Part shown: positions 30,470 through 38,283 of the stretch, one piece after another
Layout: each line of letters begins with the position of its first letter
Numbering within the stretch: the first letter of the stretch is position 1
Source of the DNA: Patescibacteria group bacterium
GTDB taxonomy: Bacteria > Patescibacteriota > Patescibacteriia > JAQUQO01
Reading direction: 5' to 3'
DNA: 64,000 nt
Assembly: GCA_028716045.1 (NCBI GenBank)
Contig: JAQUQO010000001.1
Span: 798,343 to 862,342 of the forward strand
The notes under the pieces: model-generated
The model's database searches: none
What the model saw: only the letters and a program-made list of their open reading frames with translations
What the model was told of the DNA's origin: nothing
Program-made: the position numbers and the translations under genes

Positions 30470-30958
30470 TTAAACCTGGGCAAAAATAATCATATAATTG
30501 TTGCCATATTTTTTGGCGCATTTCGGGCAATAAGCGTAATGAACATAATAATCTTTAGCTTTCTCTCCTTTGGTGGCCAAGTATTCATCAAGTTGTTTTA
30601 CAAATTTCGGCACCGCGTTATATGGGCCAGCGAAAACTTTGCCGATAAATGTGCCCGAGATATTGGCATTATTCGCGTTCGGCACCGGGCCGGTTACCGA
30701 TAAATAGATTTCCGATTTAAAGGCGCTGGGGTCGCGAAATAATAGCAAAGCATCTTCATGGTTAGTTTCTGCCCTTTTTGAATCTTCAACCATTTTGCAC
30801 ATTTTGGTAACTTTTTTGTTAATCATCGGAGGGAAAGGCATATGAAATAAGGTGGGGATAGTTTCTTTTATAAATGGTTTATTATCCCAATTATATGTTT
30901 TTTGGTCCCATTTTTCGGGATTAAATTTGGGGCAACATTCTTGGTTTTCGTTGGTCAT
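30470..30958 (-). CDS. Hypothetical protein with N-terminal CC and C-terminal CPKC, possibly zinc-binding.
   Basis: A 162-aa ORF with no confident family assignment. Confidence 0.35.
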   Translation of the reverse strand: MTNENQECCPKFNPEKWDQKTYNWDNKPFIKETIPTLFHMPFPPMINKKVTKMCKMVEDSKRAETNHEDALLLFRDPSAFKSEIYLSVTGPVPNANNANISGTFIGKVFAGPYNAVPKFVKQLDEYLATKGEKAKDYYVHYAYCPKCAKKYGNNYMIIFAQV

Positions 30959-30997
30959 ATTTTAGTTATTTTTAAGATTTTGGATTAACACGATTTT

Positions 30998-31055
30998 GTT
31001 TAACGTTTGCGTGTATGTGATGTCGTAGAGTACTCAGGATAGAACCACATATGGG
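30998..31055 (+). repeat. Cassette-junction repeat, copy 1 (TTTAACGTTTGCGTGTATGTGATGTCGTA...ATATGGG).
   Basis: It shares a TAACGTnnGCGTrTATnTGATGTyGTA core and a downstream ATATGGG with copies at 32683 and 33957. It abuts the stop codon of the nucleotidyltransferase gene. Confidence 0.7.
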
Positions 31056-31058
31056 ATG

Positions 31059-31826
31059 TTAGGTTAAAGTTAATTTTGGGCGCAATGTTTTTATCACCTT
31101 AAAATCAAAGATATTTTTTGTTATGTTAAGTTTTTTGGTTAATTTTCTAGCTTCTTTTTCTCCGCCCACGTAATCAAACAACTTTTGCACGTTCCTTTTA
31201 TATCTAGATTTTTCTAGCGAACGGAGCGCAATTAATAAGTTATCAATTTCTTTTTTTGAAGGTTGTTTAAACCCTTTAGACATAAATTTAAGACAGGCAA
31301 AAAGATTTGCCGGATGAGCGATGACGTTTACCCTGAGTTTTTTATTTTTTAAATCCGACATGGCATTTGGTAATGAAACAACTTTTTTAGGCCAGTTTTT
31401 TGAGGTGGCCTCTTTCAGAGATAAGGCGAATCCATTAATAGTAAAGTTGGCGTTATTTTTAAGGTTTTTAAAAATACTTTTTTCTCGTGAAATATGTATG
31501 TCAAGAATTAGATAATCGTTGAACCGGTGTTTTGGTTTTTCAACTAATTTCTTTTTTAATACAACCTCATTTTTTCTTTTTATTTTGCCGTAGATAAATC
31601 CCCGCTTTCTTAAATTCTCTATAAATTTTTTCTTATCACCAATAAGGACTAAGTCATAATCACGTTGGGGGAGAGTGGCGCCAAAAATGTTAAAATAGAG
31701 CGCATTTCTTAGAGCGCCCCCTATTAAAAAGATTTTTGTATTTTTAGGGATAGCCGACTTAACATCAACGAGTATGTTAAATATTTTTAAATTTTTCATG
31801 AAAACCGGCAGTTTTTTTAATTCCAT
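31059..31826 (-). CDS. Minimal nucleotidyltransferase of the polyA-polymerase/CCA-adding-enzyme head family.
   Basis: 'IFLIGGALRNALYFNIFG...RDYDLVL' matches GGxxRD...DxD, and 'NANFTINGFAL' matches the RRDFTINA motif of CCA/polyA polymerases. The product is only 255 aa. Confidence 0.6.
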   Translation of the reverse strand: MELKKLPVFMKNLKIFNILVDVKSAIPKNTKIFLIGGALRNALYFNIFGATLPQRDYDLVLIGDKKKFIENLRKRGFIYGKIKRKNEVVLKKKLVEKPKHRFNDYLILDIHISREKSIFKNLKNNANFTINGFALSLKEATSKNWPKKVVSLPNAMSDLKNKKLRVNVIAHPANLFACLKFMSKGFKQPSKKEIDNLLIALRSLEKSRYKRNVQKLFDYVGGEKEARKLTKKLNITKNIFDFKVIKTLRPKLTLT

Positions 31827-31867
31827 ACGGAGTATTTATAAATTAACTTTTTATTAAATTGGCGTCA

Positions 31868-31900
31868 GCGCGTAACGTATGCGATGAAGAAAGGTCGCGC
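31868..31900 (+). repeat. Truncated cassette-junction repeat (copy 5) embedded in a GCGCG/CGCGC hairpin.
   Basis: GCGCG-TAACGTATGCGATGAAGAAAGGT-CGCGC carries the TAACGTATGCG core of the repeat family. Confidence 0.5.
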
Positions 31901-31911
31901 GCATTTCGTTT

Positions 31912-32280
31912 TTAATTTTTTTTCTTTTTGCACCAGCCAACCAGAAATAAAATCCCGATGAGGAATGCCGGCCCGGCAATTATTAAAGAATAAGACAATG
32001 CAGACCATTGAAATTTTGGGGTTATTACGATGTCCGCTAAATACAACAGTCCGGCCAGAATAAAAGTTACTCCTCCCACTATTTCGTATTTCCACGATAT
32101 CAGCAGGACAATTAATAAAATAAGCGCTGGGATATTGTGCATAAATAATCCTAAAATCGTCCCCCAAAATCCATAATTTCCATCAAAAATATCCAATGAA
32201 AACAGCATTAGGAATAAAATAAAGATGATTGATAAAATTCTTGGCGTCCAGTAGATAAATTGGTTAATCTTTTTTTCCAT
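31912..32280 (-). CDS. Integral membrane protein (hypothetical, four TM helices).
   Basis: A hydrophobic ORF. The start is taken at MEKKINQF, the internal Met of the 31912..32373 track ORF. Confidence 0.4.
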   Translation of the reverse strand: MEKKINQFIYWTPRILSIIFILFLMLFSLDIFDGNYGFWGTILGLFMHNIPALILLIVLLISWKYEIVGGVTFILAGLLYLADIVITPKFQWSALSYSLIIAGPAFLIGILFLVGWCKKKKN

Positions 32281-32391
32281 TTTAAAATGGGTTATTTGAT
32301 AAACAGTATATTGCCTTTTCTTTTTTATACAAAATGCTTTTAGAGAGGGGGTGGCGAGCGTGTTACTTGCCACCCCGTTTTTGTCGGGTTT

Positions 32392-32613
32392 TCAATCAAA
32401 GGCGGCGGCGAAACCCACCAGCACCGTGACCAGCACGACGCAGAGGCCTACGCAGAGACCCCATGGGCCAGGAATGATTAGAGCGGTAAAGGTGCCGACC
32501 ACCAGCCCTTTGGCAAGGTTGGTTCTTAGCACCTTCAACTCGGAATCGTTGGGGGTTATTCCCCAATCAAGATACCATACTAATATCCCAGCAAGATAGC
32601 ATAAAATTTTCAT
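32392..32613 (-). CDS. Small membrane protein (hypothetical).
   Basis: A 73-aa ORF with two TM helices. Confidence 0.35.
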   Translation of the reverse strand: MKILCYLAGILVWYLDWGITPNDSELKVLRTNLAKGLVVGTFTALIIPGPWGLCVGLCVVLVTVLVGFAAAFD

Positions 32614-32682
32614 GGATTCCTCCTGGTTACAGGTTTCATAATTGCGGACCCTCTAAAAGCATTTTGTAAAAGAGCAATATTT

Positions 32683-32766
32683 CCGATAACGTATGCGTGT
32701 ATCTGATGTCGTATTAGCAATATGGGCGAAAGGTAGAGAGGAATTAAAGGGGTGAAGGCCCGTAGC
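32683..32766 (+). repeat. Cassette-junction repeat copy 2 plus the conserved 43-nt GC-rich element directly downstream of the fic stop codon.
   Basis: CCGATAACGTATGCGTGTATCTGATGTCGTATTAGCAATATGGG is followed by GGGCGAAAGGTAGAGAGGAATTAAAGGGGTGAAGGCCCGTAGCC. The 43-nt element is about 85% identical to 34129-34171. Confidence 0.7.
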
Positions 32767-32784
32767 CAGTACTCCAATTTAGTT

Positions 32785-33732
32785 TTAGTTTTTTCTTTGC
32801 CGAGTTCTATTTTTCAGATACCGCTCAGTAGTTTCTTTTGACGTTAACCAATTTCTACCTTCTTTATATGCTTCTAATTTTCCCTGTCTAGCCAACAAGT
32901 TTAGATATTTGGCAGAAAAAGGTGTGGTTTTAGATATTTCAGCTAGTGGTACAAATTTCTCCTGTTTTTGGGTTGAAGGAGTTAAAGTTTTGAGGTAAAT
33001 ATCAAGAGAGCGCTCAATGGATTGAGCGATAAATTTTACCAGTGGTTCATACTTACCGCTGTCTGCCTTTTCCAGCACGTCATAATATTTTTTGCGGTCA
33101 TTCTTCAATATAATCACCAACGGATAGCCGGCTTGCATCAATAGTAAATTCATAGTTAGTCGTGCCGTTCTGCCGTTACCGTCAAAAAATGGGTGAATGT
33201 GTACTAATTTGTGATGGAGCAAAGCAGTCAGCTCAACAACGCCAATCTTATTCTTTTGCGCATTGAGCCAATTAATTAAATCCCTCATTTTTTGTGGCAC
33301 TTGCAAGGCGTCTGGTGGCGTGTGTTTTGCTCCGCCGATAATTACATTGGCGTTTCTGTATCGGCCAGCCCACTCTTTGTCCGTTTCTTGAGTAATAATT
33401 TGATGCAAATTTCGTATGAGCATTTCAGAGATAGTGCGCTTTTTATCCTTATCTACCAGGTCGTACAAATATTCCAACGCGGCTTGATGGTCTTTGGCCT
33501 CCAAATGGTCTTTTAAGGGCTTTCCTTTTATAGTTATGCCCTCGTTGATAACTAAAAAGGTCTCTTTTAAAGTTAAAGAGTTTCCTTCAATAGCATTTGA
33601 GTTGTAGGTCATTTCAATTTGAAACTTTTCTCGAAGTTTTTGTACCGCAGATTTCGGTAGGGGACGAAGTTTGTTGAGTTTGGCTAGTTTTTCTTCCAGT
33701 CGAGCTTTTATTATTGGCGATAGGTAAGTCAT
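32785..33732 (-). CDS. fic: Fic-family AMPylase (class II, with N-terminal inhibitory helix) carrying a C-terminal wHTH-like tail.
   Basis: It has the canonical Fic motif 'HPFFDGNGRTARL' and the inhibitory motif 'SNAIEGN' (S/TxxxE(G/N)). A minus-strand promoter (TTGACC-16-TATACT) lies at 33768-33795. Confidence 0.85.
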   Translation of the reverse strand: MTYLSPIIKARLEEKLAKLNKLRPLPKSAVQKLREKFQIEMTYNSNAIEGNSLTLKETFLVINEGITIKGKPLKDHLEAKDHQAALEYLYDLVDKDKKRTISEMLIRNLHQIITQETDKEWAGRYRNANVIIGGAKHTPPDALQVPQKMRDLINWLNAQKNKIGVVELTALLHHKLVHIHPFFDGNGRTARLTMNLLLMQAGYPLVIILKNDRKKYYDVLEKADSGKYEPLVKFIAQSIERSLDIYLKTLTPSTQKQEKFVPLAEISKTTPFSAKYLNLLARQGKLEAYKEGRNWLTSKETTERYLKNRTRQRKN

Positions 33733-33767
33733 AGAAAATGCTTAATATGGTTTAGGTAAGTATTCAT

Positions 33768-33795
33768 AGTATACCATATTAAGGAATTAGGTCAA
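33768..33795 (-). promoter_or_regulatory. Sigma70-like promoter for fic (TTGACC-16-TATACT on the minus strand).
   Basis: I read it on the reverse complement, about 36 nt upstream of the fic ATG. Confidence 0.5.
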
Positions 33796-33938
33796 GTTTG
33801 AGTATTTATTTGTCATTTTTGAGCGACCCCGAGCTGGGTCGAGGGGGGAGCAAAAAAATACCTTTTCCCCTTTATAAAATAAAGATAAAAATAAAATCGT
33901 TAATTTTTTAAAGCCACGCCCGCTCAAAGCGGGCGAAA

Positions 33939-34171
33939 GAAAAGGAATATTTCAGCTAACGTCCGCGTATATCTGATGTTTTACGGAGCGTAGCGGAGCA
34001 AAATATGGGTGGAGGCTCTGGAAGAGCCGAAACCAGATATACGCTGTTATATGATGTACATGTTTTCCTTTGATTTCTGAAAGAAATTGCTTTTACAAAA
34101 GAAAGATCCGATTTTGTTTTTCCGTTTTGGGCGAAGGGCAGAGGGGAATTAAAGGGGTGAATGCCCGAGCC
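33939..34171 (+). repeat. Cassette-junction repeat copy 3 (elaborated) with the 43-nt GC-rich element abutting the helicase-fusion stop codon.
   Basis: GAAAAGGAATATTTCAGCTAAC (an exact 22-mer shared with 37329-37350) + GTCCGCGTATATCTGATGT...ATATGGG. Internal hairpins follow, including GCGTATATCTG/CAGATATACGC, then GGGCGAAGGGCAGAGGGGAATTAAAGGGGTGAATGCCCGAGCC. Confidence 0.7.
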
Positions 34172-34183
34172 CCAAACACCTTA

Positions 34184-37100
34184 TTATTTTACTTTCTGTT
34201 TTGCTGTTTTCCATCTCTCCAAACTACTTGGTCCAAAGATTTTAATAGCATTTTCCTCTGTTATTTTTAGAAGCTCAGTACTTGAAATAATACCTTCTTT
34301 AAATAGAACTAAATATTCACCTCTTTCTAGATTCAATCCTGCTTCAAGTAAATCAAGAGCTTCGGTTGGTATGCCAACTTCAAGTTGTTTTAAGAGTTTT
34401 TCCATTTCTTCCTCACTCAACCCCCCACCTAAGAACATCACGTTGGAAATTTCATATGCTGACCTAAGATAAAAACGTGTTCCATCTGCAAATTTAATAA
34501 TATCACCATACCCAATTTTACCTTGATAAGGTGTTGTGGAATAATTCGTTTCAATTGTTTCTACTGGTGCCCCATGAATCCAGTCGAATAAAATTGCCGC
34601 TCGTTTACATCTTGCGTAGTAACTAAATTGATCAGGTACAAAATTTTGTAGTGCACGCACTCTGTCACTACCATATTTTTGGACAGCTTCTTGTTGTCTA
34701 CTACTTTCTTTTGTTCCACGCTTCATTACTGGTGTGTAAATTCTGTCTAAATCTGGTAACGCCTGTATCAGGATCATCAGTCCTTCAGCATTGAGTTTTT
34801 TAGGATCTTCTTTTTTTAGCATTTCTACCAGTCTCATCGCAGATGGAAAGGATAATGCTGAACGCCCGCATGCCCTGCCAAGTAACGTTAATTGGACCAA
34901 GAGGCCTTCTTGTTCAATAAGTTGTAATTGGATCATTTGGCCAAGAAGATCCGTAACTCTTTGGTTAATTTCAGCGTGCCAATTAGGATTTGCTTTGGTT
35001 GCTAAGTAGCCGCCATATGTATTTGCCAACAACCTCGGTATTTCATTTTTTGGAATTTGATTAATTTGGGCGAGCAACCGAATGATCCAAGTTTCTATAT
35101 GATTAGGATCAAATGATGAAGTTAACTTCTCTAATTCGCCTACAACGTAGCTGTTAAATAAACGTTCTCTATCGTAGCTTGTTTTTGCGTAAATTATTGA
35201 TTTACCTTCTTCGTGGAAACCAACTCTACCGGCACGGCCAGCCATGTTTTTATATTCTGCTACTGTGAAATTGCGTCCATCTTCACCCAAAAATTCTTGC
35301 TCTGCGATAATTACTGTTGATGCAGGTGTGTTAATCCCTGCTGCTACCGTTGTTGTTGCGCCTAAAACACGAACTTTGCTTTTTGGATTACGGTAGAATT
35401 GTTCAACAATATTTTTTTCTTCACGACTCAAGTTTGTATTGTGAAATGCAGTACCTCCTTGAAGACATTGTCTTAACTTCTCTGATGTTGATGATAAATC
35501 CTGATTTGGTAATTTCGAAAGCGCATCAAGTGCTGGCGGCAGGTGAAGATCGTTGGCCAGATAATTTGCAACACCTTCTGAATTGCCTCGCATGTTTCTG
35601 AAAACAATAATTTTTTCATTTTCGTTGGTGAGTAATATTTTTTTCACCAGAGGCACGATAACATCCTGCGCGCTTGGTTGATCACGTCTTTGTTGTATTT
35701 CGTGGGGCTGGAGTAACTGTTCTGTTTTTCTGTTGCCATCCTTATCAATAAATTCATAGGTACCACTTCTGTCTATTACTCCCTCTATTAAAGGAACGGG
35801 GCGATTAGTGGTTACCAATTTATCGCATTGCAACCATTTATCTAGGTCATTAATTCCCCCGATTACAGCTGATAAAGCTATGACTTGTGGCTGTATTCCC
35901 TTTTCGCGACTAGTTAGTAAATAGGTTAATAACAACTCTACAACTATCCCCCTATTCGGATCTGCAATAAATTGCGCTTCATCAATTACAATTAACCCGA
36001 TATTGTTTAGAACCCACGGATTGCCAATGGCAAGATTTAAAAACATTTCGTAGGTTAAAAGTGCTATGTCATATTTCCCGCTTACGAATGGTTTTGTCTG
36101 GTCAACATAGTCACCAGTACATCGCACTATACGCATACCGAGTTCCTTTCCGTATAATTCTTCAAATTGTTCGTATTTTTCGCTTGTTAATGCGCGATAT
36201 GGAAACAGGAAAACAGTTTTTCTTCCTTCGGTAATGGCTTTTGTAGCTGCTAATTCGCCAATGAAGGTTTTACCAGAGCTTGTAGGCGCTACTACTACCA
36301 AAGAATTATTTTCGAAAATGCGCTTTTCGTTAACTGCCAGAAGTTGTAAATCGTTGAGGCCATCCTTAAAATTTGATTCCCATATATTAAGGATATTTTG
36401 AGGGATTCCAAAAATTTTAAGATCTTTAATTGCTTTTGTAATTTTAGTACCTACTGCTTCTGGAAAATACTTAAAATAGTTTTTACCTTTTTTGAGGACT
36501 GGTATTTTAAATCCACCTTTTATTGAGCCAAATAAAACGGGCGTTTGCGTTATACCTAATCGATTCGCTTCAGCATTTACATGCTCCATTACTTTAGAAA
36601 CAATACTCACCACATCGATTTGTGTACCACCATCCTGTAAAATGTCTATTAGTGCTTTTGTTAAGAGGCCATGACCACTGCCAGGAGTTTCATAGGCCAA
36701 TTGATTTACATCCGAGGCTGCTATTAGAATTCTTCCTTCCCCAGTAAATTGTTTGAAAGTATTACCTGGATCCCTCGGTATAGGGCTATTTTCAAGTACT
36801 TTTGCTGGTGCTCCGCCGCTAAAACAGCAATCAAGTACAAATAATATCGTCTTTGCTTTAGAAGACTTAAATAGATTAGCAATTTCTTCAACTGATATTG
36901 TGGATTTTTCCAAATTAGCTAAAGCCGTATTGTATGTTACAAGTTGGTGAGCATGTGTGCCATGACCAGAAAAAGATATTATTACAGCATCTTCTTCTCC
37001 TGCTTTGTTCAATGTCTCTGCGAGCATTGATTGAATGGCTTCTATGGTAGCATTTTCATCAACCAATAAACTCGCCTGCATGTCCGCTATAGTATCGCTA

Positions 37101-37204
37101 AAGAGCGAGAAGAGTGCGGTTGCATCTTTGCGTGCACCTGTTAGGTCTCGAATGTTGGGGTCGATGTGTTTATCGATTCCTATAAAATTTCCGTATATTG
37201 CCAT
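34184..37204 (-). CDS. Fusion of an N-terminal caspase-like (peptidase C14/CHAT-type, His-Cys dyad) domain to an SF2 Ski2/Hel308-family helicase, with a C-terminal winged-helix/HhH-like region. Candidate defence or abortive-infection effector.
   Basis: The caspase region has 'ISFSGHGTH' (His) and 'ILFVLDCCFSGG' (Cys). The helicase has Walker A 'APTSSGKT', DExx 'VIDEAQF' and motif VI 'MAGRAGRVG', plus the Hel308/Ski2-like 'AFHNTNLSREEK...GATTTVAAGINTPASTVII'. About 300 C-terminal residues resemble Hel308 domains 4-5. Confidence 0.75.
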   Translation of the reverse strand: MAIYGNFIGIDKHIDPNIRDLTGARKDATALFSLFSDTIADMQASLLVDENATIEAIQSMLAETLNKAGEEDAVIISFSGHGTHAHQLVTYNTALANLEKSTISVEEIANLFKSSKAKTILFVLDCCFSGGAPAKVLENSPIPRDPGNTFKQFTGEGRILIAASDVNQLAYETPGSGHGLLTKALIDILQDGGTQIDVVSIVSKVMEHVNAEANRLGITQTPVLFGSIKGGFKIPVLKKGKNYFKYFPEAVGTKITKAIKDLKIFGIPQNILNIWESNFKDGLNDLQLLAVNEKRIFENNSLVVVAPTSSGKTFIGELAATKAITEGRKTVFLFPYRALTSEKYEQFEELYGKELGMRIVRCTGDYVDQTKPFVSGKYDIALLTYEMFLNLAIGNPWVLNNIGLIVIDEAQFIADPNRGIVVELLLTYLLTSREKGIQPQVIALSAVIGGINDLDKWLQCDKLVTTNRPVPLIEGVIDRSGTYEFIDKDGNRKTEQLLQPHEIQQRRDQPSAQDVIVPLVKKILLTNENEKIIVFRNMRGNSEGVANYLANDLHLPPALDALSKLPNQDLSSTSEKLRQCLQGGTAFHNTNLSREEKNIVEQFYRNPKSKVRVLGATTTVAAGINTPASTVIIAEQEFLGEDGRNFTVAEYKNMAGRAGRVGFHEEGKSIIYAKTSYDRERLFNSYVVGELEKLTSSFDPNHIETWIIRLLAQINQIPKNEIPRLLANTYGGYLATKANPNWHAEINQRVTDLLGQMIQLQLIEQEGLLVQLTLLGRACGRSALSFPSAMRLVEMLKKEDPKKLNAEGLMILIQALPDLDRIYTPVMKRGTKESSRQQEAVQKYGSDRVRALQNFVPDQFSYYARCKRAAILFDWIHGAPVETIETNYSTTPYQGKIGYGDIIKFADGTRFYLRSAYEISNVMFLGGGLSEEEMEKLLKQLEVGIPTEALDLLEAGLNLERGEYLVLFKEGIISSTELLKITEENAIKIFGPSSLERWKTAKQKVK

Positions 37205-37328
37205 GTTGTGTGGATTTGGTTTATTTAAAATCGTTTTCGGAGCGAAGCGTAGAAAACACCTTATACCCCTCTATAATTAATGAAAAAGAAATTTTAAAAT
37301 TTTTTAAAACAATTGGGCGATAGCCCAA

Positions 37329-37360
37329 AAAAGAAAAGGAATATTTCAGCTAACTACCTA
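37329..37360 (+). repeat. Truncated/diverged cassette-junction repeat (copy 4) adjacent to the recombinase gene. Candidate primary attachment site.
   Basis: It is identical to copy 3 over GAAAAGGAATATTTCAGCTAAC, then diverges (TACCTATATCCTAAC). It lies 70 nt upstream of the tyrosine recombinase ATG. Confidence 0.55.
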
Positions 37361-37432
37361 TATCCTAACTTGTTTAAAATTTGCTTTATTTATGCTATAA
37401 TTTTAACATAAATGTGAAATCAAAAGCAAGTT

Positions 37433-38272
37433 ATGAATACACATTATCGGCCGAGTCGGGACCCGATAATTTTGTTAAAACAAGAGATGAAGTTACGTGG
37501 TTTCAGCGACAAAACAATCAAAAGCTATATCCATTATATTAATGATTGCTTGCGTTTTGCTGGTACGGACCCGCGCAGCGCGTCTCAAAAAGATGTGCGG
37601 GCATATTTGGAATACTTAGCGGACGAGAATCTTTCTGCTTCCACTATTAATACTGCTTATAGCGCCCTGCTGTTTTATTTTGGCAAAATTCTAAACCGTA
37701 ATTTTTTTGTCAAAATACCGCGCATTAAGAAAGAAAAACATTTGCCCGTTGTATTGTCTCACGAAGAAATTAATAGAATGATTGGGCTGTCTGTTAATCC
37801 TAAGCATAGATGTATTTTATCCCTTCTTTATGGCACCGGCGTGCGGGTGAGCGAATTGACGCATATCAAAATGTGCGATATTGATTTGGACCGTATGGTT
37901 TTGCGGATATATCAAGGCAAGGGGAAAAAAGATCGCTTAACAATTTTGCCGGCAACTTTGAAAAAAATATTATCCCAGCAGCAGGGATTGAAAACATCGG
38001 AAGATTTTTTGTTTACCAATGGCCGGGGCGGAAGATTAACCGAGGCCAGCATCCAAAAAATTGTCGCTTTGGCTGCCGCCAAGGCCGGAATAGGGAAAAC
38101 AGTGTCGCCCCATACCCTGCGCCACAGTTTTGCCACCCATTTGCTTGAAAATGGAACTGATATAAGGTATATTCAGGAATTATTGGGGCATGCCAAATTG
38201 CAGACCACCCAAATTTACACGCATGTGGCGAGCAATAATATTAAAAACATAACAAGTCCGCCGGATTTATAA
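37433..38272 (+). CDS. Tyrosine site-specific recombinase (XerC/XerD-like).
   Basis: It has an N-terminal SAM-like core-binding domain and the catalytic R..HxxR..Y region 'SPHTLRHSFATHLLENGTDIRYIQELLGH...TQIYTHV'. It lacks the extra IntI-specific insertion. An extended -10 TGCTATAAT lies at 37394-37402. Confidence 0.85.
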   Translation: MNTHYRPSRDPIILLKQEMKLRGFSDKTIKSYIHYINDCLRFAGTDPRSASQKDVRAYLEYLADENLSASTINTAYSALLFYFGKILNRNFFVKIPRIKKEKHLPVVLSHEEINRMIGLSVNPKHRCILSLLYGTGVRVSELTHIKMCDIDLDRMVLRIYQGKGKKDRLTILPATLKKILSQQQGLKTSEDFLFTNGRGGRLTEASIQKIVALAAAKAGIGKTVSPHTLRHSFATHLLENGTDIRYIQELLGHAKLQTTQIYTHVASNNIKNITSPPDL

Positions 38273-38283
38273 AAAATAATTTT

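Noticed and set aside
32683-34070. Hammerhead-ribozyme-like CUGAUG...GAAA spacing inside the cassette repeats.
   Set aside because: The segments following CTGATG do not form stem II. In copy 3, CTG is itself paired in an 11-bp helix. No H17 cleavage-site context was found. It is more likely a protein-binding core than a ribozyme.
30998-37360. Classical integron attC (59-be) sites.
   Set aside because: The repeats are not imperfect palindromes with R''/L''-L'/R' pairing. Only copy 1 has an RYYYAAC-type box. The adjacent recombinase lacks the IntI-specific insertion. The integron-like geometry is kept as a hypothesis, but not a canonical integron.
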